A DNA stretch of 64,000 nt from an uncultured Actinomycetota bacterium (GTDB taxonomy: Bacteria > Actinomycetota > Actinomycetes > Prado026), in contig CAVQCJ010000002.1 of the NCBI GenBank assembly GCA_963711005.1, forward strand, positions 1,243,729 to 1,307,728, written 5' to 3'. The notes under the pieces are model-generated. The model saw only the letters and a program-made list of their open reading frames with translations. It did no database searches and was not told where the DNA came from. The position numbers and the translations under genes were made by a program. Each line of letters starts with the position of its first letter. Position 1 is the first letter of the stretch. This document shows, one piece after another, positions 1-10,753 of the stretch.

Positions 1-623
1 CGTCCGAGCGGCTGCCGGTCGCGGAGCTGGGCGAGCGCCTGCTCCGGGTCGGGAGCACTGTCCAGCAGCCGGCCCACCCACGGCGTGTCGGCAGTGCCGG
101 GAATCACGGCGTTGACCCGGACGCCCTCCTGCACGTGGTCGGCCGCCATCGCGAGGGTGAGGGCGAGCACCGCGCCCTTGCTGGCCGAGTAGAGGGCGCG
201 TTGCGGCACGCCCACGACGGCGAGCACCGACGACGTGCAGACGACCGCCGCGTGCGGCGACCGGCGCAGGTGCGGCAGGGCGGCTCGGGTCACCCGGGCG
301 ATGCCGAGGACGTTGACCTCGAGGACGCGACGCCACTCGTCGTCGTCGTTGGCGCCGACGTCCCCCTGCGCACCGATGCCGGCGTTGTTGACGACCACGT
401 CGAGGCGGCCGAACCGAGCGGCGACAGCATCGACAGCGGCGGTCACCGCCTGCGGGTCGGTGACGTCGCACGGAACCGAGAGCGCCGCCACGTCGGCTTC
501 GCCCGGGTCGCGGTCGAGGACGGCCACCTGTGCGCCGCGCGACGCCAGCAGACGCACCGTGGCCGCGCCTATCCCGCTGGCTCCCCCGGTGACCAGCGCG
601 ACGAGTCCGTCGTAGTCGTTCAT
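1..623 (-). CDS. short-chain dehydrogenase/reductase (SDR); 3' end runs off the window
   Basis: Hand translation of the minus strand from the ATG (complement of 621-623) gives MNDYDGLVALVTGGASGIG... (TGxxxGIG cofactor motif) and ...LYSASKGAV... (YxxxK catalytic motif). It is absent from the ORF track because there is no stop inside the window. Confidence 0.8.
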   Translation of the reverse strand, partial: MNDYDGLVALVTGGASGIGAATVRLLASRGAQVAVLDRDPGEADVAALSVPCDVTDPQAVTAAVDAVAARFGRLDVVVNNAGIGAQGDVGANDDDEWRRVLEVNVLGIARVTRAALPHLRRSPHAAVVCTSSVLAVVGVPQRALYSASKGAVLALTLAMAADHVQEGVRVNAVIPGTADTPWVGRLLDSAPDPEQALAQLRDRQPLG

Positions 624-639
624 GCGTCGCTCCCAGGGC

Positions 640-1650
640 TCAGATGCGTGGGTCGATGTGGATCTTGGGACCGGGACCGACGCCGGGCAGCGCCCCGGCG
701 AGCGCGCCCGCGACCTCGCCGAGCCCGACCGTCCCCGCGACGAGTGGCCGCGGGTCCACCCGGCCGTCCGCGAAGTACGCGATCGTCTCGGTCAGCCCGG
801 GGGACGCGCTGAGGATCCCGACCGCCGTCACGTCGTTGAGGACCAGGTCTCGGCTGTCGATGAGACTCGGCGCACCGGACAGCCCGATGAACACCACCCG
901 TCCGCCGGGCTGCACCCGAGCGATCGCCTGGGCCGGTACGTCGACGTCGTATGTGCAGTCGATGATCGCGTCGTACGGGAGGTCGGGGATCTCGTCGACG
1001 AGCCACGTGTGCTCGAGCCCGACGCTGCGGGCGAAGTCGACAGACGCCTCCGAGCGCCCGGCCAGGTGCACCTCGAGGCCGTCCGACCCGGCGATCAGCG
1101 CGGACAGCAGGCCGATGGTGCCGGGCCCGTAGACGAGGACGCGTGAACCCGGCCCGGTACCCATGGCCCGCACCGCCCGCATCGCGTTCCCGCCGGGCTC
1201 GACCAGGGCGCCGGCGACGTCGTCGACGGTGGCGGGCAGCTCGTGCAGCGCTGGCACCGGGACCAGCAGCTGTTCGGCCAGGGCGCCCGGCCAGTCGCCC
1301 CGGATGCCGATCTCGAACCGGTCGGGGCAGACGTGCTGACGGCCGCTGCGACACAGCCGACAGGTGCCGCAGCCGAGCATGGTGTCGCCCGTGACGCGGC
1401 GGCCGACCCATCCGGCGTCCAGCTCGTCGCCGACCGAGTGCACGACGCCCATCCACTCGTGGCCCAGGCGCAGCGGGTAGTGCGCGTGACCCTGGTGCAG
1501 GTAGGCCATTTCACCGGTGAAGAACTCGACGTCGGTGCCGCAGACGCCGACGCGGTGCACGTCCACGACCGCCTGGCCAGGCCCGGCGACCGGAGCGTCG
1601 ACCTCGAGCACGCTCGACGCGCCGGGCGCCGTGACGACGAAGGCCTTCAC
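640..1650 (-). CDS. zinc-dependent alcohol/polyol dehydrogenase (MDR family)
   Basis: 336-aa ORF with GHEWMGVV (catalytic Zn GHE motif), the structural-Zn Cys cluster CGTCRLCRSGRQHVC and the Rossmann motif VYGPGTIG. Confidence 0.85.
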   Translation of the reverse strand: MKAFVVTAPGASSVLEVDAPVAGPGQAVVDVHRVGVCGTDVEFFTGEMAYLHQGHAHYPLRLGHEWMGVVHSVGDELDAGWVGRRVTGDTMLGCGTCRLCRSGRQHVCPDRFEIGIRGDWPGALAEQLLVPVPALHELPATVDDVAGALVEPGGNAMRAVRAMGTGPGSRVLVYGPGTIGLLSALIAGSDGLEVHLAGRSEASVDFARSVGLEHTWLVDEIPDLPYDAIIDCTYDVDVPAQAIARVQPGGRVVFIGLSGAPSLIDSRDLVLNDVTAVGILSASPGLTETIAYFADGRVDPRPLVAGTVGLGEVAGALAGALPGVGPGPKIHIDPRI

Positions 1651-1702
1651 CGGGACCGACCGACCGCTGTCGCCGGGCCGACCGGCCCGATACCCATGAG
1701 TC

Positions 1703-2593
1703 TCACGGGAGCTCCAGGGGGCTCAGCTCCGGGGTCGGCAGGCCCCGGGCGTCGACGTCCGCGAAGAACATCCGACCCGAGTCCGGGTAGCGCGCACGCT
1801 CGTCGGCGTCGAGCTCGTCGCGCGCCGAGGTGATCAGCAGCCGGTCCCGGAGCGGACCGACGAACGCCACTGCGGTGACGTGCGGGACCGGCAGCCGCAC
1901 CCGGGCGACAGCCTGGCCGGACGGTGCGTAGCAGCGCACCTGCGACCCGCCCCAGACAGCCACCCAGATCCGCCCCTCGGCGTCGACGGACAGACCGTCC
2001 GGCGCGCCGTCGAACTGCGTGACCAACGGCTTCCACACGTTGATGTCGCCGGAGCCCACGTCGTAGGAGGCCGACCAGAGCGTGCCGGGAACGCTGTCGG
2101 CGAAGTACATCGTGCTGCCGTCGGGCGACCAGCCGATCCCGTTCGCGAGGTTCAGCCCGCTGCGCAGGACCGAGGCCGTCCCGTCCCGTTCGAGGCGGAA
2201 CAACGCCGCGGCCGCCGGACGGTGGTCGATCGCCATGCTTCCGGCCAGGAGCCGGCCGGCCGGGTCCACGGCGGCGTCGTTCAGCCGCAGCCGGGCGGCG
2301 CGGTCGACGATGGGGGCGGACGCGCGCCGGGTCCCGTCCGGCGCCACGAGCACCACGCGGTCGTGCGCGGCGACCGCGAAGCCGCCGTCCCCCGTCGGCA
2401 CGGCGGCTCCGGTCGTGTCCGGGAAGTCGAGCCGGTTCGTGACGCGGATGCCGTCACCGTCCAGCTGCCCGGTGAAGACGTGGCCGCGGGCGATGTCGAC
2501 CCACGAGACCGACTGGCCGCGGTCGTCCCAACGAGGGCCCTCGGCGAGCTCGTGCACGTCCCCGATGGCGGGCCCGGCGGTGTACTCCCTCAC
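1703..2593 (-). CDS. SMP-30/gluconolactonase/LRE family protein
   Basis: 296-aa ORF. EGPRWD near the N-terminus and the repeated propeller-blade pattern (NDAAVDPAGRL, PDGLSVDAEGRIW) are typical of regucalcin/gluconolactonase. Confidence 0.8.
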   Translation of the reverse strand: MREYTAGPAIGDVHELAEGPRWDDRGQSVSWVDIARGHVFTGQLDGDGIRVTNRLDFPDTTGAAVPTGDGGFAVAAHDRVVLVAPDGTRRASAPIVDRAARLRLNDAAVDPAGRLLAGSMAIDHRPAAAALFRLERDGTASVLRSGLNLANGIGWSPDGSTMYFADSVPGTLWSASYDVGSGDINVWKPLVTQFDGAPDGLSVDAEGRIWVAVWGGSQVRCYAPSGQAVARVRLPVPHVTAVAFVGPLRDRLLITSARDELDADERARYPDSGRMFFADVDARGLPTPELSPLELP

Positions 2594-2674
2594 GCGGCCT
2601 CCAGCGGTGCCTGCGCGAGCATGTCCGGACGCTAGAGCGGCATCCCGACAAAGGGAAGCAGCCGGGAATGCCCA

Positions 2675-2711
2675 CTGCCCCGACGGCCGGGGCGGGGCAG
2701 CGTCGGGGCAG
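2675..2711 (-). terminator. hairpin downstream of the HtrA-like gene (candidate intrinsic terminator)
   Basis: 11-bp perfect arms ctgccccgacg / cgtcggggcag with a 15-nt loop, about 50 nt after the stop of 2760..3917. There is no clear U-tract, which is common in GC-rich actinobacteria. Confidence 0.4.
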
Positions 2712-2759
2712 CGGCGTTCGAGGTCGGCCCCGGTACGGGGCCGTCTGCGCCTCGGAGGG

Positions 2760-3917
2760 TCAGACGGCGACCGACCCGAGGGTGACGCTCACGGTGTGGC
2801 TCGCGCCGCCGCGGACGTACGTGAGCTGGACGGTCGACCCGGCCGGCGCGCTGCGGATCGTGGCGACGAGCGCCTCGCCGTTGACGATCGTGCGGCCGTC
2901 GACCTTGGTGATCGTGTCGCCGTCGGCGAGCCCGGCCTTGGCGGCCGCGCTGCCGGACTGCACGTTCTGCAGCGTCGCGCCGCCACCGTTGGCGTCCGTC
3001 GCCGAGGCACCGAGGAAGGCCCGCGTGGCGTGCCCGTCCTTGATGAGCTGGTTCGCGATGCGCATGGCCTGGTCGACCGGGATCGCGAAGCCGAGACCGA
3101 TCGAGCCGGTCTCCTGGCCGTTGCTGCCGAGCGAGGCACCGGCCGAGTTCATCCCGACGAGCTCGCCGCGCAGGTTCACCAGCGGGCCGCCGGAGTTGCC
3201 CGGGTTGATCGCGGTGTCGGTCTGGATGGCGTTCATGACCGACGTGGTGGTGCCGTCGCCGGCGGTGCTGACCGGGCGGTCCACCGCGCTGACGATCCCC
3301 TCGGTGACGGTGCCGGCGAGCGCCAGCGGTGACCCCAGCGCGACCACGGTCTGCCCGACCTGGAGGTTGGCCGCGCTGCCGACCTTGATCGCCGTCAGGC
3401 CGGAGACGCCGTCCGCCTTGATGACGGCGACGTCGTCACCGGCGTCGCGGCCGACCAGCTTGGCGGTGGCCTTGCTGCCGTCGTTGAACAGCACGGTCAG
3501 CGCACCGCCGGAGGCGGCGCCCGCGACGACGTGGTTGTTCGTGAGGATGTAGCCGTCGGTGCTGATGATGCTGCCGGAGCCGGTGTCGCCGGAGCCGTCG
3601 CTCGCGCGCATCTGGATCTGGACGGTGCTCGGCAGGACGGCCTTGGCGACCGCCTCGACGGAACCGTCGGCGACGGGCTGGGCCGAGTTGGACCCGGTGG
3701 CCGCAGCACCTGCGGCCGGGGCGGCCGGGGCGTTGGCGAGCCGCACGGTGGCGGTCGCGACGCCGCCGCCGACCAGACCGGCCATCACGGCGGTCATGGC
3801 GAGGAGTGCGACGGGGCGCTGCCTGCGAGCGGCGGGCACAACGGCAGGTACCGCGTCGGGGGCGGGGACGGAGGGGGGCGTGTACGGGGCGTAGGGGTCG
3901 TAGGTCATGTCCATCAA
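2760..3917 (-). CDS. HtrA/DegP-type trypsin-like serine protease with C-terminal PDZ domain
   Basis: 385-aa ORF. N-terminal hydrophobic anchor, His TNNHVV, Asp DDVAVIK, Ser GNSGGPL, and a PDZ-like C-terminus (GATLQNVQSGSAAAKAGLADGDTITKVDG). Confidence 0.85.
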   Translation of the reverse strand: MMDMTYDPYAPYTPPSVPAPDAVPAVVPAARRQRPVALLAMTAVMAGLVGGGVATATVRLANAPAAPAAGAAATGSNSAQPVADGSVEAVAKAVLPSTVQIQMRASDGSGDTGSGSIISTDGYILTNNHVVAGAASGGALTVLFNDGSKATAKLVGRDAGDDVAVIKADGVSGLTAIKVGSAANLQVGQTVVALGSPLALAGTVTEGIVSAVDRPVSTAGDGTTTSVMNAIQTDTAINPGNSGGPLVNLRGELVGMNSAGASLGSNGQETGSIGLGFAIPVDQAMRIANQLIKDGHATRAFLGASATDANGGGATLQNVQSGSAAAKAGLADGDTITKVDGRTIVNGEALVATIRSAPAGSTVQLTYVRGGASHTVSVTLGSVAV

Positions 3918-4001
3918 GGTGCCGGTCGACCCTGAACAGTCCCTGTACGGACGCTGAAGCCTCAGACCGAAGTTCCTGCGAGTTCCCTGAGCACGAGCCG
4001 G

Positions 4002-4825
4002 TCAGTCGTCCAGGGCGGCCTCGCGCCGCATCCGGGAGATCGCGGCCAGGTCCCAGTCCGGGCGCGGTACCGACGACAGCAACAGCCGTGTGTACGGATG
4101 CTGGGGCGCGGCGAGCAACGAGCGCGTCGTCCCGCGTTCGACGACCCGGCCGCGATGCATCACGACCACGTCGTCGCACACGTACCGGACGACGGCCAGG
4201 TCGTGACTCACGAAGACCAGCCCGACCCCGGTGTCACGCCGGATGTCGCCGAGCAGGTTGAGGACCTGCGCCTGCACCGAGACGTCGAGCGCCGACACGG
4301 CCTCGTCGAGTACGAGCACGCGCGGCTGGACGGCGAGCGCCCGCGCGATCGCGACCCGCTGCCGCTGCCCGCCGGAGAGCCGCCGCGGGTAGGCCCCGGC
4401 CTCCCGCTCGCCGAGTCCCACCAGCTCGAGCAGCTCGCGCGTACGGCGGCGGCGGGCCGACCGGGCGAGCCGGTGTGCAAGGCCAGCACGGCGTCGATGC
4501 CGTCGGCGACCGTCACCCGCGGGTCGAGCGACAGGTACGGGTCCTGGAACACGATCTGCACCGCCTTGGCCCGGGCCAGCCGGGCGGCCGCCCCGCGGCT
4601 GCGGGTGTCCAGCGGCGCACCCTGCACCAGGATCTCGCCCGAGTCGGGTCGCTCGAGGCCCACGAGCATCCGCGCGGTCGTGGTCTTGCCCGAGCCGGAC
4701 TCGCCGACGAGCCCGATCGAGCCCCCTGGATCCAGCCGGAACGAGAGCCCGTCGACCGCGCGGACGGTCGTGTCGCCGACGACGTACGACTTGTCGAGGT
4801 CGTGCACCTCGAGGAGGGCGGTCAT
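4002..4825 (-). pseudogene. peptide ABC transporter ATP-binding protein (OppF/DppF-like), one frameshift near 4472
   Basis: The N-terminal part is in the frame of ORF 4208..5224 ([14 protein letters not shown]...GESGSGKTT, Walker A). The C-terminal part is ORF 4002..4421 ([26 protein letters not shown]). The ATG at complement 4823-4825 overlaps the upstream stop as ATGA. Confidence 0.75.
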
Positions 4826-5835
4826 CGGGTCCACCCGGGCTCTGCCCGCCGCCCCGGCAGCATGGTGGCCACCTCGGCGGCCCGCACGCACGCGACCTCG
4901 CGACCGGCGCCGACCGCGGTCAGCTCGGGCGTGCGCCCGTCGCACCGCCCCGGTTGCGCGTCGGAGCAGCGCGGGGCGAACGAGCAGCCGGCCGGCGACT
5001 CGAGCAGGCTCAGCGGCTGGCCCGGGATCGGCACGCAGCCGTTCGTGCGCACCATCGAGGTCCGGCGTCGAGGTCAGCAGACCGGCGGTGTACGGGTGCC
5101 GCGGCTCGGCGAACAGCGCGTCGGCCGCAGCGCTCTCGACGATGCGACCCGCGTACATCACGTAGACGCGGTCGCAGATCGCCGCGGCCAGGTCGAGGTC
5201 GTGGGTGATGAACAGCACCCCCATGCCCGCGGTCGGCCTGCAGCCCGGACAGGATCGCGAGGATCTCGGCCTGGGTGGTCACGTCGAGCGCCGTGGTCGG
5301 CTCGTCGCACAGCAGCAGCCGCGGGCTCGGTCGCGAGCGCGGCCGCGATCATCACCCGCTGCAGCATTCCGCCGGAGAGCTCGTGCGGATGCTGGCGCAG
5401 GTGCCGGCGCGGGTCCGGCATGGCCACCGCGGTGAGCAGCTCCTCCGCTCGCGCCATCGCGCGGTCGGCGTCCCAGCCCTCGTTGCGCCGCAGCGACTCG
5501 GTCATGAAGTCACCGATCGCGACGCATCGGGTTGATGCCCGCCCGCGGGTCCTGGAAGATCATCGAGACCTCGCGGGTGCGCAGGGCGCGCAGCCGCTCG
5601 GCCGAGCGCGTCCAGGACGTCGACGTCGCCGACCCGGATCCGGCCCTCGACCAGCGCGCCGCCCGGTCTCAGGCCGATGACCGCGCGCGCGGTGACGGAC
5701 TTGCCCGACCCGGACTCGCCGACGAGGCCGACGACCTCGCCCGTCGCCGACGGTCAGCGACACGCCGTCGACGAGCGGCCGCGCAGCACCGGCGGGCAGC
5801 CGCACCGACAGCCCGTCGATCTCCAGGAGCGCCAT
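4822..5835 (-). pseudogene. peptide ABC transporter ATP-binding protein (OppD/DppD-like), at least 5 frame changes
   Basis: Fragments occur in order on the minus strand: MALLEIDGLSVRLPAG (start 5835); ORF 5158..5505 ([21 protein letters not shown]); ORF 5010..5282 ([14 protein letters not shown]); the N-terminal part of ORF 4208..5224 ([29 protein letters not shown]...[10 protein letters not shown]); and ORF 4822..5055 ([21 protein letters not shown]). Confidence 0.75.
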
Positions 5836-6710
5836 CAGCCGTCCCGCCGTGCGATCCGGTCGCCGAGGTCCTCGCCGACGACGTTGAACGCGACCACGAT
5901 GACGATCATCGCGAGTGCCGGCGCGATCGCCGACAGCGGCTGCCCGGACAGGACCGCGCCTCGCCCGTCGTTGATCATCGAGCCCCAGTCCGGCGGTCGG
6001 CGGCTGGACGCCGAGCCCCAGGAAGGACAGCGCCGCGAGGTCGAGCAGCGCGTACCCGAAGTTCAGCGTCGACTGCGCGAGGACCGTGGGGGAGACGTTC
6101 GGCAGCAGCCGCCGCACGGCGATGTGCACCGGGCCGAACCCCTGCACCTGGTACGCCGCGACGTACGGCCTCGACCGGGCCTGGATCACCAGGCTGCGCA
6201 CCAGTCGAGCGACGAACGGCATGTACGCGACCGACATCGCGACCACCGGCGCGACCAGCCCCTTGCCGAACAGCGCCACGACCAGGATCGCGAGCAGCAG
6301 GCCCGGGAACGCGAACATGATGTCGAGGACGCGCGGCAGAGCAGCGACGTCGACCCAGCCGCCCCGCCACCCGGCGACCAGCCCGACGCAGGATGCCGAG
6401 GATGCGTCGAGAGCACGACGACGACCAGCGGCCCCACCAGGCTGGTCCGGGCGCCGAAGATCAACCGCGACAGGGTGTCCCGGCCGAACTCGTCGGTGCC
6501 GAGCAGGTGCGCCGGGGCTCGGTGGGGCGAGCGCGTTGCACAGGTCGATGGCGTTCGGGTCGTACGGCGCGAGAACCGGCGCGAGCACGCGACGAGGACG
6601 AACCCGACCAGCGACGACCACGGCACGCGTAGAACAGCCAGCTGCCGCCGACCGCCGCGCAACGCCGCCAGGCTCGGCGTCCGGTCCGCGGCGCGGTCGA
6701 GGACGCTCAT
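5835..6710 (-). pseudogene. ABC transporter permease (DppC/OppC-like), frameshifted
   Basis: MSVLDRAA... start at complement 6708-6710. Fragments are spread over the frames of ORFs 6186..6986 and 5560..6621 (LDIMFAFPGLLLAILVVALFGKG, SVAYMPFVARLVRS). The C-terminus ...AFNVVGEDLGDRIARRDG ends in a TGATG overlap with the ATPase start. Confidence 0.7.
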
Positions 6711-7688
6711 CGGGCCGACTCCCCGGCGGCGACCCGCGGGTCGATCAGCGGGTAGATCAGGTCGACGACGACGTTGATGACGACGAACGCCGCGACGACC
6801 AGCAGCACGATCGCCTGCACGACCGGGAAGTCGAGCTTGTCGACGGACTGCACCAGCAGCGAGCCGATCCCGTCCAGCCCGAAGGCGGTCTCGACGACCG
6901 CGCTGCGCACGAGCAGACCGGCGACCAGCAGGCCGGAGATCGTCGAGGATCGGGCCGAGCGCGTTGCGCAGCACGTGGCGACGCACGACCGTCCGCTCCG
7001 GCAGGCCGCGGCTCGACCGCGACCTCGACGTGCTCGCGGCTCAGCTCGTCGAGCATCGAGGAGCGGGTGACCCGGGCGAGCAGCGCGATGAACGTCAGCG
7101 ACAGCGCGATCGCCGGCAGGTGAGGTGGTAGAGCCGGTCGACGAGCCCTTCGCCGGCGCCGAAGACCGGGAACCAGCCGAGCCGCACGGCGAAGACCGAG
7201 ATCAGGACGATCGCCGCGACGAAGGACGGGATCGCCGCGAACACCGTGACCAGCGACGAGCACGGCCTTGTCGGCGGCCGCCGGCCCGCAGCGCGCCGAT
7301 GATGCCGGCGCCGAGTCCGACCACCAGGATGATCACGGCGGACACGCGACGAGCAAGAGCGTCGTCGGCAGGCGGGCGGCGATCAGCGACGCGACGTCCT
7401 CCCGGAACTCCAGCGAGCGACCGAAGTCGCCGTGCAGCACGCCGCCGAGCCAGTGCACGTACTGCATGAGGAACGGCTGGTCGAGCCCGTACTGCGCCTT
7501 GACGGCCGCGACCGCGTCGGGGGACGGGCTGCGGCCCTGGATCAGGAACGTCGATCGGGTCCCCGGGCGCGATGTACAGCGACGCGAAGACCAGGAACGA
7601 GGTGACGAACAGCGTGAGGACGAGCCCGAATCAGACGCCCGACGACGAACCGCAGGCGACCGCCGTGGCGACGTCGGGACGGGCTCAC
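6707..7688 (-). pseudogene. ABC transporter permease (DppB/OppB-like), frameshifted
   Basis: GTG at complement 7686-7688, overlapping the amidase stop. Fragments: QYGLDQPFLMQYVHWLGGVLHGDFGRSLEF (end of ORF 7333..8673) and AFGLDGIGSLLVQSVDKLDFPVVQAIVLLVVAAFVVINVVVDLIYPLIDPR (ORF 6707..6910). Confidence 0.7.
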
Positions 7689-9095
7689 AACGCCGGTCGC
7701 CAGTCGGGGTCGCACCAGTACGGGTGCGCGGCCTCGAGCGCGGCACCGAGCGCGAAGACCGTCTCGTCGTCGTACGTCCGCCCGACGATCTGCACGCCGG
7801 TCGGCACCCCGTTCGGGACGCAGCCGGACGGCACGGCAGCACGGGGACGCGACCGACCACGTTGAACGGCATCGTCATCAGGACGCCTCCCAGGGGTGGT
7901 CGCGTCGCCGGGATGCGTGCGGACAGGTAGTCGTCGCCCGCGACGAGCCCCTCGGCCCCGATCGTCGGGGCAGAGCAACGCGTCGTAGTGACTCGAGCAG
8001 CGCGCCAGCGGTTGGTAGATCTCCGTCTCGGCCTCCAGGCCGGCGAGGCGGTGAGGCCGACCGTGCTCGACGGCGTGCGGCGAAGGCTCGGCTGTACGGC
8101 ATCAGCAGGTCGGTCCGCACCGACCGGGCCTCGAGGAGGCCCCGAAGATCGCCCCGAAGTGCGCCCAGGCAGCGGCCGCGAGCGTCTCGCGGCTCCACGG
8201 CAGCTCGACCTCGTCGACCTGGACGCCGGCGTCGCGGAGCACCTCGGCCGCGGCCCGGGTGTTGGCCTCGATGGTCGGCTCCACGGGGAAGTCCCCGAGG
8301 TGGATGCACAGCGCGACGCGGCGACCGTCGCGCGGCGTTCGAGGCCCGGGCAGCGCGGTACGTCGGCCGCAGCGACGCCTGGTCGACCCGGGTCGGACCG
8401 GCCAGTACGTTCTGCAGCAGGGCGACGTCGGCGACGGTGCGACCCATCGGACCGTCGGCGCAGTAGGTGTCCTGGTTGAACGGCGAGAGCCCGGGCACCC
8501 GGCCGAACGGCGGCTTGAAGCCGACGATCCCGCACAACGAGGAAGGGAGCCGGATCGAGCCGCCGATGTCGGAGCCGGTCGCCAGCACGGTGGAGCCGGC
8601 GGCCAGCGCGGCTCCGGACCCGCCCGGACGAGCCCCCGGGGGAGAAGTCGGTGTTCCACGGGTTTCGGGTCACGCCCCACAGCGACGAGTGCGTGAACGG
8701 TGCGCAGGAGAACTCCGGCGTCGTCGTCCGTGCGTGTACGACGGCGCCGGCGGCCGATCACCCGCTCGACCACCGGATGGGTCACGTCGGCGATGCGTGC
8801 CCGTCTCCAGCAGGGAACCCTCCTCGAGGCGCCTGCCCACGGCTGCTCCTCCTTCAGCACGAGCGGGACGCCCTCGAGCGGTCGGCCACCTCCGCTTCGG
8901 GTCCCGGTAGCGCGCCTCGGACTCGCGCGCCGCGACGTACGCGTCGTCCCGCAGCTGCTCGGTCATCGCGTTGATCTCCGGCTCGACCGTCGGCCCGCTC
9001 GACGACCGCGTCGAGCAGCTCCACCGGGCGACAGGTCCTTGCGCCGGAAGCGCGCCAGGGCCTCGGTCGCCGACAGGTAGTGCAGCTCGCTCACG
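7685..9095 (-). pseudogene. amidase (amidase-signature family), multiple frameshifts
   Basis: N-terminus VSELHYLSATEALARFRRKDLSP. The signature GGSSG is disrupted, followed by ATGSDIGGSIRLPSSLCGIVGFKP (ORF 7878..8588). The C-terminus PTGVQIVGRTYDDETVFALGAALE is in ORF 7685..7978. Confidence 0.75.
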
Positions 9096-10753
9096 ACGCG
9101 GCGCCGATCTTCGCCGCCCACGGGTAGTACATGAAGTTGATCGACGGTGCGACACCGGTGATCTTCTTGCCTAGCCACACCGTCGTCGGGACCGTGTACA
9201 GCGGCAGCCAGGGCAGCTCGTCCTGGGCGATCTGCTGCGCCTTCGCGGTGTACGCCGCCCGCTGCGCCGGGTCGGCCGTCCCGATGGCCGTCTCGACTGC
9301 CGCGTCGAATCCGGGTTCGACCAGCCGCCGTAGTTGCTGAACTCACCGGTACGCAGGATGCCGTACATGTCGAGCGGGTCGCCGATCGACACGTACCAGG
9401 AGGTGATGAACAGGTCGATGCCCTTGCGCGCCGCCGGGTCGCTGAACAGCGTCGTGTACTTGTCCGGCGAGATCGTCTCGATCTTCGGCTTCAGCCCGAT
9501 TCGGTCGCCGCCTGCGCGACGGCCTGGGTGATGACGTCGGGCCGAGGTGATCGGGCTGGTCGCGATGACGACCTTCTGGCCGTTGACGCCGGCGGCGGCC
9601 GCCAGCGCCTTCGCCTTGTCCACGTCGTGCGGGTACTGCGGCAGCGAGGTAGAAGGAGTCGACGTCGGATGGCCGGCACGCCGACCCAGTCGCTGCGGGT
9701 GGCGAGGGACTCGGCGAGCTCGCCCACTCCCTGCTCGCCGGCCTTGATGATGCCCTCGCGGTCGGTCGCCATGAGCAGCGCCTGGCGGACCCGCTTGTCG
9801 GCGAGCAGGTCCCTTGAGGTTGCTGACGATCTCGTCGACCACGGTGGTGTTGGTACCGTAGTAGAGCTTCCCCGGACCGCCGTTCTTCAGCTGCGCGTAG
9901 GCGTTCGACGGCACCTGCCAGCCGCCGTCGACCTCGCCGGACTGCAAGGCGTTGATCCTGGTGTTCGGGTCCTGCAGGAAGACGAACTTCACCGAGGCGG
10001 CCTTGGCCTTGAGCGCCGGGTCCCAGTAGCCGTCGAACCGCTTGAGCACGATCTGCTTGCCGGGCGTCCACGAGCCGAACGCGAACGGTCCGGTGCAGTT
10101 CACGCCGGTGCTCGGGTTGCCGTAGTCGGTGCCGTCCGTTGGCGAGGGTCGTCGCGGACTCGATGGTGCCCGGGGTGACGGCCATGTACTGGTTGAACGT
10201 CGAGTCGGCTTGCGTCAGCGTGACCGTCACCTGGTCGGTCCCGGTCTTCGCGATCGACTTCACGTTCCGGAAGACGCTGGCCCAGTACGAGCCGACCGTT
10301 CGGGTTGAGGTGGTACTTCAGCGAGGCGACCACGTCGGCCGCAGTCAGGGTCGTCCCGTCGTGGAACGTGACGCCTTGTCGGATCGTGTACACCCACGTC
10401 GTCGGCGTCGGGTTCGCGTACGCCGTGGCCAGCCCGGGCGAGTAGGACAGGTCCGCGTTCCAGCGCAGCAGGCTCTCGCACACGTTCGACAGGATCTGGT
10501 TGGGCGGGTAGTCGAAGGCGTAGGCATAGTCGAGCGACTGCGGCTCGGCGTACAGCGACCAGGTGAACGAGTCGATGTCGCCGACTGGGCTTGGGGGTGT
10601 CCGCGGTCAGCTGGTACGCGGCGCCGCTCGAGCCGGACTCCGACGGCGCTCGGCTTCGCGGTGCCGCTGCACGCGGCCAGCGCGAGCGCCAGCCACGACC
10701 GCCGCCGCGCGAGCGGCGCGGGGCGTGGACGATGTATCCTTCCGTGCGGTCAT
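9092..10753 (-). pseudogene. ABC transporter substrate-binding protein, family 5 (peptide/nickel type), frameshifted
   Basis: MTARKD... signal and lipobox-like LALAACSG after frame correction. Fragments lie in ORFs 10100..10483 (CESLLRWNADLSYSPGLATAY...TFHDGTTLTAADV), 9343..10263 and 9171..10103. Confidence 0.7.
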